DNA of 64,000 nt from assembly GCA_035084275.1 (NCBI GenBank), contig CM068749.1, positions 14,694,001 through 14,758,000 on the forward strand, written 5' to 3'. Origin of the DNA: Hydrolagus colliei. Lineage: Eukaryota. Shown in pieces: positions 26,930 to 40,185 of this stretch (its first letter is position 1; every line of letters begins with the position of its first letter). Both the position numbers and the translations under genes were made by a program. Below the pieces are notes generated by a model. It saw only the letters and a list, made by a program, of their open reading frames with translations. It did no database searches and was not told the DNA's origin.

Positions 26930-27354
26930 TACTATATTAATTGCTCCCCAATCAAATGCAGCACTTACAATAAATTCTAGACTTGGCCATAATACTCCAC
27001 AAGATTTTCCAATAGATTACAAGCAGCAGCAATTGGATTTATTGCTTGCGGATTTAGTACATGCTGTTATTCCATTAAATCATACTATGTGGGGGATGGA
27101 GTGGTGGGGGGGTGGGTAGGTGAGGGATCAATTCTCCCCAAACCTTTTTTTAAGATTTCTTCTACTCTGCAGGTTATAACGAAAGTTGTTGGCAGAATTC
27201 TGATTAATTTCATTCTGTATGCAAAATGCAAATCCAATCACCTCAGCTTCACCTCTGTTTTGGCAAGAACTGATCGCAGAATACTAAAGCCAAGTATGCG
27301 TTGTCCTGCTTGGAGAAAAAAAAGTTAATGAGGGAATGCCCAATATAAAGGTAG

Positions 27355-27660
27355 GAGAGGAAAACCCAGTCATGACAAGATGGCAAATGGAAGAAGTAGT
27401 CTAAGATAACATCAGGTAGACGAGGAATGTGAATGGAAGAGAAGCCTGATAGAAGAGTTGATGACAGAGCTGAAAGGAATTTCACAGACACAATGAGAGA
27501 CAGATCTGAGAAAGATAGATGGGGTGAAACAGGAATTTAGATAAAATTGGATTGGGAGGAAGCATATCAGAAAGTCAGAGTGGGTAGGAGGATACCTATT
27601 GGAAAAAAAAGCGATATTTGGAGATATGGACAATAGGAGAGAAGGTCAAGGGGAAATGGC
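27355..27660 (-). mobile_element. Very old LINE (probably L2) RT remnant
   Basis: Purine-rich + strand. Minus strand gives IQFYLNS...SVSHCVCEI, resembling L2 TQLYLS...LSDCLSDI. Confidence 0.3.
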
Positions 27661-29310
27661 CAGTCAAGTCAAATTATCATTTCATTGAGAATATTTAACC
27701 ATCTTTTGCACTTTTGCAAAGCAAATTACCTGGAAAGGATAATACATCATGTCAAAGTTTACTTACGGTCCCCAACCTTTTGATGAATTTATCTTGTTTT
27801 GTACTGTGTTGAGACAACATGCATGTGCTGTGTCAATGAAAAATAAACTGAAATGTGCCTGTGAGATGCACAATTTAGTGAGAGTTAAAAAACAGAGGAA
27901 TTTGTAGCAGATTGGAGTAATCAAGATTTTGATCATGCTTTTCTAGACCAAACTTTAAGGAAACTCTCTCTCTCCTTTGCCATATTTTTGGACTCTGATA
28001 ATAATGCATGTTATCCATTCAGATAGTTTAACCAACTATACAAACAGTTCAGACACACATATCGTACTTCATTAACATTTACAGTACATGATGCCATTAC
28101 ACTATGTCGTTTATTTTGACAAGGGTGAGATTGATATAATTCTCTGACAATCACAGCAAGGTAGAAAGTTTTTCATTATTGTCTGCCCATTATCTTGCAC
28201 TAAGAGTGCATTAGAGATAAAGGGGGTGTCACACCTTCGTCTTAGATTGGCTGCAGACAAAACAAATAAAGCATTCTATTCATTGGTAGGACACAATGCA
28301 CAAGATATAAAAATGACTCAAACCTGATTAAACATATCAACTTTTACCAAAGGTGAGGCTGCAAGTATGAACACAAAATCAATCATAAACCTGAAGTAAT
28401 TTACAAGCAGCTCACGACTCACACACTGTGACCAAGAAGTCGTCCCCTAAAATGTGAACAATAAAATGCTTCAAGTAACTACGCCTCAACGATAAAACGG
28501 CCATCTAATCTGATACTAGATGTTAAAAATGAAAAAATTGATGCGACTTCTAAGTCTGGAAATAATCAAGCATGTGGGGAAGGGGAGGATTTCTTCCATC
28601 CTGCTTATCAAAGGTGCATTTCTCAATTCAAATTTCACCATGACCTTGTTGGATACTTGAAGAGTATCCAATTACTTGAAGAGTAAATTAACAATTAACA
28701 AAATGGTCATAATTAGAAAGGCAGGGAGTATGAAAGGGGGACAAAGCATGTGGTTCAGAGTGATGGATTTATGAGCGGTTGGATTGATGAATAAAGAAGC
28801 CTATTAAGGCACTTCTTGATTTGGATCGATGTTGTATCATTAGAAAGAATAACCCGATTGTCATGGTTTAGCCACCTACCACCTATGACTAATATTCTAC
28901 AACTTAAGCAAAATCTTTTTAGTGGTAGTGCCTGGTGATTATAATCTGAAGAATTAGAATTGGCAATGTCCTATTGACAGTCAGCTCCTGTTTGCTCGAG
29001 AGGAAGATAAGATTTCATCTACACAGCAAGATCCAGATGCTAAGTTAGCTTCAAGATGACAGCAAATGTTGCTGCAATAGGCATGTAGCTATTTCAAAAA
29101 GATGACCTTTCCTCTCTGTCACCTGTAGTAATTTCCATTCTGTATATGGATGGTCGTTAAACAGTTTTAAACTCACATATCTAGAATTTTGAAGACACCA
29201 AAAAAAGCAAAGTACAGTACATCCTGGTTATTTTCCTTTATTGTGTTTCTGAAATAATACTTTAGTAGTCTTTCCCATATCTAACAACACATGTGGAAGA
29301 GATATTTAAT

Positions 29311-29370
29311 ACGCCTTGGGACGTCCTCCAGACATGAAAGGCGCTATACAGGTGTAATTTTGTTGTTGTT
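29311..29370 (+). mobile_element. L2 LINE 3' terminal hairpin and (TTG)n tail
   Basis: CGCCTTGGGACGTCCTCCAGACATGAAAGGCGCTATACAGGTGTAATTTTGTTGTTGTT. Confidence 0.75.
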
Positions 29371-30810
29371 GGCTTCGTAACTATGCAAGTTCATAGTTAC
29401 GTTCAAGTTTAAATATTAAATGATAGACCACTTTCCTGATTTGTTCAGGGTTACATCCTAAGGGGGAGAGGCAACTAGACAAAGCATGTACAATATATAA
29501 TTCAATTGCTTACACTTTATTATAATAATGCTCGGCTGATATAAGGTTTAAGAAATGAGCCCTAACTGGGAGTCTATAGGAGTTTACCTCCTCTCCTTCT
29601 CAGAGCCTGCTACCACACACAGACACAGAGAAATACACACGAGAGAGAGACTGACAGACAGACAGACAGACAGGAAGAGATTGTTTGGAGCAGATTCCAT
29701 GGAAAAATTGCAGCCATACTTTTCTATTGGCATAATTCATAAGTAAATACCAGCCCAATCAATCAACTTAGTTTTCTCTTGATAGATATTCTGAGAAGGT
29801 TTATTTGTCTGTATGTCTTGCCATCTTGCAGCTTTTGGATTGTGCTCAGTGCAGGCTGAAAATGGCACTTCCATTTTGCTGTTAGCCTAGGCATGGAAAA
29901 CGTGGTCTAATAGGGTAAAGGAACAATTACAGACTAATGTGGGTAATAGCATAATGCTTGATTGTACTGCTGTATTTATACTGCACTTTTTGTGGTGAAT
30001 CACCATGCAAACATAGTGTAAATTAGCATCATCATGGCTAAATAGGTTCAGTAGCATGATGGGAGGGTGAATATTCTCAAAGGTTGAGATCTGCTGCCGA
30101 AGACCATTTCTTCATTCAAACCAACTTGGTGATTATTCCGGAAAACGTATTGCATTGTTGCCACTGTTACTGAGATCACATTGGGAAGATTTTGGCAACA
30201 CTTAACACCTCCATTGTAATATTAGCACAGCAGTGTGAAACAATTCCACCTCAACACTCATTTTAATGTGTTTAAACAAACTATCACAAACTTTTGATCA
30301 AACCTTTTCAAAATAGCATGTTTTTTTTAACTCTGCAATGTTAATGAACATGAACTGACTGACAAACATCAAGCTTTGTTTACACTGGCACAAACCAGTG
30401 TTTGCTAATGACTGATTATTGAAACATTAAATAAGGATTGTCTTATTTAATTTTGGCAATATCAAACATTTTAGTCATGTCTACACTTTCAAATTTACAC
30501 AGTGGTGTAGTTGAACAGAATACAGATTACATTCTGAGGTTGTCTAAAAAAAAGGAATAAAAGTTAATCCTCAAATAAAATAGAGTTATATAACGGAATG
30601 CAGAATTAACAAGGAACTGTTAAGTCCACATGTTGAGCCCTCCAACATATTGATTATAGTATTCGCCTCACAAGCGAGATGACAAGTTGATTCCCAGGCA
30701 GGGCAACAACACCTTAGACAAGTTTCCCTACTCCACATGCTGTTTATCTGGCAGAAAGTAGGAATCCAGTTGTTCGTCAGTTGGCCCTTATATATAAATA
30801 TATATATATA

Positions 30811-31155
30811 TAATAATAATAATAATAATCCTTGCATTTGATATAGCGCTTTCCACATCTTATCAACGTCCCAAAGCGCTTCACAGAATATACTGTAAAG
30901 TGAATTGACTGTATATATTTGTGGGCGAATCGCGGCAGCCAATTGCGCACAGCAGTGTCCCACACACAGTCGTGGATTGAAATGACCAATTTTATTATTG
31001 TGTTTTTTTGGAGGGATTATTATTAGGCGTGTGGAGTAAGGAAACTTGCCCAAGGTTTCGCCCTGACCTGCCTGGATTCGAACACAGGTCTCCCCAGCTT
31101 GGTTTCCCCAGCTTGCAAGACAAGTGCTCTAACCACTGAGCCACAGGAGCTCCAC
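30811..31155 (-). mobile_element. Full-length young tRNA-Ala-derived Deu-domain SINE
   Basis: A-box TGGCTCAGTGG, B-box GTTCGAATCC, Deu core GCTGTGCGCAATTGGCTGCCGCG, 3' hairpin and (TTA)n tail. CpGs retained; inserted in a (TA)n tract. Confidence 0.9.
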
Positions 31156-31161
31156 ATATAG

Positions 31162-31202
<41 letters not shown>

Positions 31203-32069
31203 TACATATATATACACACACACAATTTTTGTGTATATAAATTGTGGGATGCTGTTTCACCCACAAAATATACAGTAAATTCACTTTACACAGGGTTCAA
31301 AGAAAATTGGCAAATTAGAAAATGTCATTGTGTAAGTCACAAAGCACAAATAAACACATCTTACGAATCTCAATGACTCATAGGACTTTGTGGAGAACAT
31401 TGTGTGAAAGAATGAATGAAATTAAGGATCAAACATTCTTTAAACGGAGCACTTCTTTTAGTTCACCCGGGAGGAATAAGATTATGTGGGCAGAGTTTGG
31501 AACTTCACTTCCCACACCCCACCCACCTCCACTTATAAATAAGTAATGCATATTAGAAAATATATTGGAAGTGTTTCAATTTTCAGCATATGAAAGCAAG
31601 GCTACCTAGCTAAATAGGAAAGAATAGCCATCTGGTAATTAACGTTTTCATATGAAATACAGAGATCTCAGATCTTGTATTAGTAATAATGCCATGTTCA
31701 ATTCTATAAGAAATCTTGCAAGTTTTGAGCTGCAGAGATTCAGTAGATGAGTATGAATTTTGCCTGTTCATTTAGCACTCTTTATTTCCATTCCCATTAT
31801 CTCTAGGCTGGAGAAGCTTGTGGGAGTAGAAGAATGGGCAAGTGATCCATCACTAAAGACATGCTAAGTGTCAGGGGGATCTGGAGGCATATCAAATTTA
31901 CAGGATTTGACAAGTGCAACCGTCACTAACTACCCCCTCCCATTTCCAGCATTTTAAGAGTCTAACAGTGGTTCCTTGTTTGTTACGGGCTGAAATTTGT
32001 GGGCTGAAAAAGTCAAACATTTGCATTGATATTGTGCCCTTTATTAAATATTTTAAAGTATCTTATTCC

Positions 32070-32210
32070 ATCTTCCAATGGACAACATCTCCATCAATGA
32101 AATACTTTAAACAGTATTCTAATGCAGCCTTAGATAAATTAAGAGTTTAAGTCTAAGTGGGGCTGAAGCCACAACCTTCAATCCAGAAGCTTGACTGCTG
32201 CTAACTGAGA
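32070..32210 (-). mobile_element. SacSINE1-like head fragment
   Basis: AAGTGGGGCTGAAGCCACAACCTTCAATCCAGAAG...CTAACTGAG parallels 26860-26920. Confidence 0.5.
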
Positions 32211-35200
32211 GGAAGAAAAATCTTATTTAAAAAGTTGGGAAAAAATCAATTGAAATTGGCTGCTTAGAAATATCTTGGGACACTTCACTAAAGTGGTCTA
32301 CACAATTTGGTAGACCATTTCTAAGTTGAGTTTGTCACACATATTGCATTCAAACTTTGTTTTTCCATAGAAAAAAAGAATAATTTCTTTAAGGTGCTCA
32401 CTGTAGCTGGACTCCCACACAAATTGACAGTCCTCAAACCAGTACTGTATCATTGTATTTTCCACGGATAAAGAATTACGAGTACACAATAAAAACAAAG
32501 GCATGCATTATTTTACACTTTCATATTTTAACCTTGGTTCAGTACACTTCTCTTTCTATACACTAATACTCATTTTGGTTCATTGTTAAAACATAGAACA
32601 CATGATCATGAGAAGTCTGTTCCACCAGTTTTTTAATTAAAATCTAGTATTTTATTATGCCATTAATAACATTTCCAATTCTTCAATCTTCCAATAAATG
32701 GGTATTATTTTCTCTAGCTAAACATGTAATTGTGGTCTATGGTAGAATTGTTTTTAACTAAATTATATCAGTGCGATTTGGTAGAGCACATGGCCTAGAT
32801 TTGCAGTAGGAGAAACAATTGTACTCACACTAGAGATCTTGATTCATTAGGTGGAGCTATGATTATTCAGACTTCTATCTTAGTTATCAAGGAAATCAAC
32901 CTTTATGCATACATGATTACTTGGATCAAACAGATAGTGTGAAAATTGCCTCATTAAAACAAAATATACCCCCAAATATTGCCATTTTACACAATTATAT
33001 TTAGGCAGCAAATTTGCTTAATACAAAAAATCTTCAAATGCTCAGAAGATTTTAATGTATGTGTTTCATTAGTGCACTCGTAAGAGGAAATGAAGAATTT
33101 AGAACCTTTCATCTCACAGCTGGATCAAATTTTTTTTTAAAGTACAGTAATGTGCAGGATTACAATTGATAGGGTTGGATCATGAACTAACGAAGTGATA
33201 AGGCACTATATTAAATGCAAAAATTATTATTAAGAGTGAATAAGGTCATCAGTGTGTAGAAAAAAGCACAGTGCAAGAAAGCAAATTACTCTTTTTGGTC
33301 ATATATTACAGAATGGACTAAACATCCTGTTAAAATGTGGTGTTGGTTTTGCTTGGGAATTTGACTGCTCATCAATATTGTGCCCATTTTGACAAATGAA
33401 TATGATTAGCATTAATAATAATGATCAGTTTAAAGCAAACTTTGTACTTGTATGACAAATAAAACAAGTTGGTTAATCAAGCTATGAGCTATCAAGCTCT
33501 CCCATCGAAATCCCCATCCAGTGTATAAATGCATTCGTTAGATAGATAGATATAGGTTGCACCTTCATTGAATGATTTACTACTGTTCGTTGCTTCTATT
33601 GTAATTTGTTTTTAGCTATTTACAAGCTGAACAGCTGAAATCAGCTTGAACAAGAAACAAAATACAATTGGGAAAAGTCCGGGAACATACATTTTACTAT
33701 TGAAGGACACAAGATAATTGAAGAAATCCTTTTGTTTATGGCAACTTTTGGGTTATTTATAGGAACAATCTACAGTAATTCTTGTTTTTAAAATAAATAT
33801 TGCAAAAAGGCCATCTGGTGAATACAAATTAAATATTCCATAAGGATAAAAGATGACATCTTCAGCTGTTAATTACTCCAGCTGCAGTGATGACAAGATC
33901 GATCTCCTATCTATCCATTGTCAAAGGCTTGTAGCTTGCGAGATAAGTTTTTAATCTCTGACTCTGAATGCAGCATACATTTTGTTAACACTTTCTTCAA
34001 GGTCTTTACAATAAAAGGATTTTATTTAATGGCATCATTTCATTTTGTTTAATCTCCAGTTTCTGAGTGGAAATTCTATGTTTTATGAAATGAAACAACA
34101 CTGTTCAATATTCAGCATAAGAGATGCAATTCATTGCAAATCTTCATTAATTCTTATTTCCTATTGTAACACACAGTTTATTCTTATATGTTGTCTATCA
34201 GGTATGTAGTGTTTAATCATTCAGTCATTTGAGAGATGTGCTAAGTGCAGACTCTCCATGACAACACAGAGCAAAATTGAACACCCATCAAAGATACACG
34301 AGGTCAGTTCACCGGTGTAGTCTTGATGGATGTGGTCTCTCAATGCTTTTGGCATGCCGTATGCCAATTAAGAATAATGTCTTACGCAGCACAAAGTTTG
34401 GCCTGTGCAGTATAATAAGTGTCACCCAGGTACAATCCAATGGCAGTTGGATTGTCAGTGTCATTGGGTTCAGTCCAGACACCCAGCTGTAATAGCCCGG
34501 GAATAGCAATGAATTAAGATCGCATTTTCTAATATCCGGGTTAATCAGTACTCCAAGCTGGACTCCAGCATTTGCACTAATCAAACCAATTTATTCTTTT
34601 TTTTTAACAAAAAAATCAATTCAGCATGATCATCATCACAAAACACTAAGTATACAATAATTTCACCGGCCAAAACTGGGAATCAAACCAGGGATCTTCT
34701 GGCTAAATTTGATACCCAATAGTGTTGAGCAACTGAACCTTTGGTGAAAGATCTTAGCAAAGCATTTGAGGAATAATCCTGAAATTTATTGCATATGGTC
34801 TTGACACATAAACAGACTATCACTCCTCTTTGTCATTTCCTGGGCTGCTTCTGGCTGCTGATATTCCATTCCACATAAACTATATGTCATTTGGACTTCA
34901 AACACCAACATTAAAGGTCCAGTCTGAGGCAAATTCTCTCTTTCTGCTTCTGTGAACATGATATATTATCTTCACCAATTCTAATTCAGACAAGCTTTGA
35001 CCTTCATTATTCGGTCTTCATTTTACCCATTAAACTGTCCATCTCTTCATTATCACCACATTTTTTTATTTGAACATTTAAAGATGGTGTTCAATCCATC
35101 GGCATTAGCTGAATCAGCTGGCATGTATCCACATCATCTTCCATTTAGCTTGCCTCTTTGCAACATTAAGTAATAAACTGTACTTTGGTTTCACGTTATA

Positions 35201-36566
35201 TTCTGTTGCATGGCAATATGATTAAATCTGGGTTTGACCATGCTACTGTACTTGGTTTAGTTGCTACTTTGCTGTTAGATGCCTTAAATGGCTACTATTA
35301 TAAATACAAATTAAAATACTATCAATCAAATTTTCTTGTTAGGAATTTTGCTAGTTCACATAATTCACCTGAATAAACACATCCTGCTGACAGATTTAAA
35401 GATGAGTGTGGGATAGTAACACCTCCCAGCCTTTATTGTTATGCTGTGGGTAAATATTTGGAGCTGTCAATAGCATCACATTAAAATCACTTTATTGGTT
35501 TAAATATTCAAAGCCAGTCCAAAAAATACAATAACCATTCTTTCAAATTCATCAGGTCATATTCAACGCAAATGCAACTACAAAATCCAGGCGTATTTTA
35601 GATACTGATGGAAAGGTGCAGTATTAATGCCAACATTTCTTATGTGCATTAAATATTTGAAGAATATAATCTGGAATGAGTATTTTAACAAGGCTGTAAC
35701 TGAACAAATTGTACAGAGGGGGCTGAAAAAAAATCTAGTTATAAAAATCCACAAATTTATTGCACTTTTCCCCCCCCCCAACACAAGATCCCCCAAAAAT
35801 ATTTTTGCAGATTTTTGTGATTTGTAATTTAAAATCAAAATTCCTGTGAGCTAATTTTCACTACATTATTTTGGCCAGTGACTATTGTAATATTGGCATG
35901 CAACAGCAAGTGGGACGGGACAAACTTCATGATGGATTCACAATAAGTATCATTTGAGAAAACAAAACAGATAACCTGCTTTTATGGTGCAGAAATGATG
36001 TAAATTTTAAATGCATTAACACCTCATCCTAAATACAGACACCACAGTGTAATCAGTCTCAAAAAGCATTGATTTATGTCCACACAGAAAACATTTGAAG
36101 GTACACTACAAACATTTGAAGCTTAGTTTAAAATGAATGCAATTATATGCAGACTATGATGAATTGGACAACAGCGAACATGAAATTGTGAGCATCAGTT
36201 CAGTTAATATTGGCAATTAAGTTAAATACTCTGAAATAAGTTAAATATCTTCGATTTCATGTTTCCTTCTCTCACAGCCAATACGATTGCAAGTGACAAA
36301 ATTACTAACCTGCCTGTACCTTTGATGTAATTCAAACTCTGAAGGTGTTGCCTGCAGATTGCAACACTGGTTGTGGTGCTGATGGGAATTCAACCAGTGT
36401 CCTCAACTACAACATTAGATTTTAGCAATTTTCAATGTAAAAAAAATGGAGGGGAAAATGTACAGTCTTTGGAAAATTATGGTTAATCTTTATTAACTAA
36501 CAATTTTTTATTTACTATAGCAGAATAAGCGATTATACTGTAGTTTATAAACTGGAGATCTGAAGC

Positions 36567-36828
36567 TCAAGCGAGAGACCCGAGTTCAATTCCTGGTAGG
36601 GTGAAATCTTGGGCAAGTTTCCTTACTCCACACGCCCCAAAAATGATTCCTCAAAAGAAAAATTAGTCATTTCAATCCATGACTGTGTGTGGGACACTGC
36701 TGTGCACAATTGGCTGCTGCGTTTCACTCATAATTATACAGTCAATTCACTTTACAGTGTATTCTGTGAAGTGCTTTGAGACGGCTAGAAGACACGAAAA
36801 ACGCTATATCAAATGCAAGGATTATTAT
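36567..36828 (+). mobile_element. Young Deu-SINE truncated within the tRNA head
   Basis: CAAGCGAGAGACCCGAGTTCAATTCC B-box, Deu core and tail; possible CTCAAG target-site duplication (36566-71, 36829-34). Confidence 0.88.
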
Positions 36829-36929
36829 CTCAAGATGTGAATGATGCAGGGGATTGACCTTCCCTCGCGAAAGGTCAACCACTGTCATCCTTGTGGCAAT
36901 GGTACTCTAATAATGGTGTAAGGTGGAGT

Positions 36930-37075
36930 AAATAGAGACTGTAGTAGGCCATTCGGGTCTTCGAGCCTGTTCCACCATCTATAAGATTATGGCTGTGCTG
37001 TAACTCAAGTCCAGTTACTCACCTTTGCTCAGTATCCCTTAATACTCTGATCTAACATATCTGTTCATCTTGGAA
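36930..37075 (-). mobile_element. CR1-type (HER1/HE1-like) 3' tail
   Basis: GTAGGCCATTCGGGTCTTCGAGCCTGTTCCACCAT...AAGATTATGGCTG resembles shark CR1 3' ends. Confidence 0.65.
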
Positions 37076-37084
37076 AACATTTTT

Positions 37085-38180
37085 AATCCAACAATGATGA
37101 AGAAACAGTGGTATAAATCAAAGTCAGGAAGATGAGTGACCTGAAAGCCAACTTGTGGGATGGTGGTGTTCCCACAATCACACTATTCTTGATTTTTAAA
37201 ATATATCTATTTATTGATAAATATTTATGACATGAATCCAAAACGAAGTATGAAAAATCCATACACAGGTTTTGTACATATTTTTCTGAGTACACTCCCT
37301 TTAAAACAGTTGGTTGTCGCTCCGTGTGCTCCACAACCATGTGCGCGCCCTGCACACCACGAGAACGTCCCCCTCCGCTTTGGGAAGACGCTCCATTGCG
37401 GACTGTCCGCACACGTTTATTGTACATACATTTTCCAGACTCTCCTTGGTCCGGTTGGTAGAGTTTGCAGGGCAGGGAGGTACTATCAAAGCAAGGTTGA
37501 CAAACTGCTGCAGTGCATTCAGTAGATGGCACACTGCAGTCACAGTGCATCAATGACAGTGAGAGCGAATCTTGATTTGATTGACTGCAATGCTGATCAA
37601 GTGAATTATTTTCTCCTGGGTAGTATCAAACTGTTGTTTAGCTGCACACATCCAGGCGAGTATTCCATCACACCCCTGACTTGAGCCTTGTAGATAGGCA
37701 AAAGGCTTTGAAGAGTTAGGAGAATACTCAGCCTCTGTCCAGCTCTCACAGCTAGTGGTTCATATAGCTGGTCTACTTAAGCTTCTTGTAATGCTGCCTG
37801 ATGAATGTTGATGGTTGGGGACTCGGTTGTTTCATCAAAGGTCAGAGGGAAGTGGCAATGTTTTATTTGTTAAATTTGGTCATTACATGGCACTTGGGAA
37901 GATATGCAGAAGATAACATTCACACTGCCTAAGTCTGGATATTGTCCAGGCCTTGCTGCATTTGGGCATGAGTGGCTTCATTGTCAGACATATTGGAAAT
38001 GGATCTGCATCAGCAAACAGTCCCACTTCTGACCCTCTGAAGGAGGGAAGATCATTGATGACGCAGCTGAATATGATGGTGTAAAGAGCAGTTTTCTGAG
38101 AAAGGTACGACTCCAGCCACTGGAGGGATTTTCTTTTCACTTCAATGACCAAGTTTTTCTTGAGTTCCTTGATGCCATAA
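37085..38180 (-). mobile_element. CR1-clade LINE RT and C-terminal region, interrupted at ~37192-37440
   Basis: ORF 37883..38191 gives LQWLESYLSQK...IFSCVINDLPSFRGSEVGLFAD (RT FADD motif). Similarity continues toward 37085. Confidence 0.75.
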
Positions 38181-39089
38181 ATATTGGGCATAATTTTTTA
38201 CCCAACACATCAATGGAATCCTTTAAAATAAACTGCAAAAAGGACACTGAGAATTATATAAATAGTGAAATCCAGTGAATGTAGAAACCAGGGTAAGCTG
38301 TTTATGTTGCTGTTATTTAAGCACTCTGAAACGCCAACCATATAAAAAGGTGCTAAATAAGGCAAGTGGTTGACAAATAATTCATTATCTGACAAATGAT
38401 GCTGTTTGTAAAGTATTCTGAAACTATCATTCCTTCTCTATGGGGAGAATTTCCTAAGCCACTTCTGCTGATTTAATAATCACACCTTTGTATCAACACA
38501 GAATGATTAAAAGCACCTGCCAGTAGGGTTAACACATGTGGACTCATAAAAGGTAAACATTTTAACTGGCGATGTACCACATCCTTACCAGAACATCAGA
38601 GTAGGCACTGACAGGGCTAGATTGATTTTATTTCCACTACGCAATATGGTAACATTGCTAAATGAACCAGATACTGTTGATACCCATCTTCTCCCTCCCC
38701 CATCTTCTCCCTCCCTTTCAAGGTAATCAGAAGGAATCCCTCAATTCTCCTTTGATTCGTGGTAGAAACGTCTGCCATATGGTATAATAAATTTTAAACT
38801 AGGTAAAGCATAACTCAGGGAAAAAATGTTTAATAATTGTCAAAAAAAAAGAATGATTTCTATTATTGACAGCGATTTTCAACATTCATCCTAGGGGAAA
38901 TAATTTGAAAGTATTCACGAGGTAAAACAGTCCTGCAATGTGAATAGCGATTGTTTACATTTGCTTTGTGATTTCATGCTGGATTGAAATTGGGAATCAA
39001 GTTTAATTTTTTTTTAATTGACACAATACATTGATTTTTGAAAAGCAAAAATTTGTAGCATTTCATCGATCCAATGAACCAGTGATGCT

Positions 39090-40185
39090 CCAGAAATGTA
39101 CAAACCAATAACTGTAAACATTTCCCTGTGAAACATTACTTTGAGTTCGCTAGAATTTACAAAAAGTAGGAAGGTGAAAGAGACCCAAGAGTGTTAGTTG
39201 ATTCACCATTTAGCAGCATACCAATAAATGGGATCGTTAGCTGCATTACCAAATCAGCTGATTTTAGATTTCCACAAGTCAAAGGCTACTTGGCTTTAAC
39301 GGCATTGTAGGTATTGTGTACAGTTCTGATCATTGTGACTTTGGAGAGTTCCCCAGGTCCAAGAAGCATTAACAACAAAAAAATTACATTTGTATAGCAC
39401 CTTTCATGTCAGAAGGACGTCCAAAGGTGCTCGACAGTCAATGTTTCAGACCCAAGCAGAGCCGGGATCAGGAAGGGAAAGGAGAGGATTTGGTGTGACC
39501 AATGGGACCATCAAAGAGGAGGGTTTTGAGGCAGGACTTGAAGGAGGCTAGGGAGGGGGTGCGGCAGAGGGACAGCGGGATGGAATTCCACAGGTTGAGG
39601 GCAGAGTGCCTGAAGGCTTGCCAGCGGGTGGGTCAGGGGACATGGAGCAGGCCGGAACCTGCTGAGTGGAGGGAGTAGGCAGGTTGTTAGGGGGCTAGGA
39701 GGTTACGGAGATAGGGTGAAGCAAGGCCATAGACAGCTTTGAAGGTGATGACCAGGATCTTGAATTGAATCCTCTGCGTGATGGGAAGCCAATGGAGTCG
39801 GGCGAGAATAAGGATGATCCTCAGTATAAGAGATGAGCTGTGAAAATTAATTGGATAAGGTAGAGCTCTTCAACTTTGAAATGAGATCTGAGTGAAAGTC
39901 TTATCGAGACATGTAGAAATGGGATAGTGAAAGTGAACCCAGAGAAATACTTTCAGATATTACAAGGCAACAGGACAAGATGGCACAGTTTCAGGGTAGT
40001 GAAGACATCAGGAATTTTTTTCCTTACGCCGAGTGTAAATTGAGAGCTGGATTCAATTTCCAGGAAGAAATATAGAGGCCGTGATTCTATGCTCATAGTT
40101 ACAGTTTGACCACAATCTTACAGTTTGATATTATAATAGAAAGCTGGTAATGTGACTGTTCTGGCTGAATGAAATAATTTTCACC
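39090..40185 (+). mobile_element. Old CR1 ORF2 remnant split by an L2 insertion
   Basis: ERDPRVLVDS (ERDLGVLVD) near 39177 and YCVQF*S near 39312. CR1-like sequence resumes after 39818 (LIET and RTRWHSF, resembling LIETYK and TRGHSF). Confidence 0.6.
39371..39818 (-). mobile_element. L2 LINE 3' fragment (ORF2 C-terminus plus 3' UTR)
   Basis: Minus strand translates LARLHWLPITQRIQFKILVITFKAVYGLASPYLRNLL, the classic L2 C-terminal motif, and ends in a hairpin plus (TTG)n. Confidence 0.9.

Noticed and set aside
37083-37556. Four overlapping ORFs (up to 156 aa) suggesting a small gene
   Set aside because: They span a LINE fossil plus a GC-rich insert, where low stop density explains them. No protein motif or splice structure.
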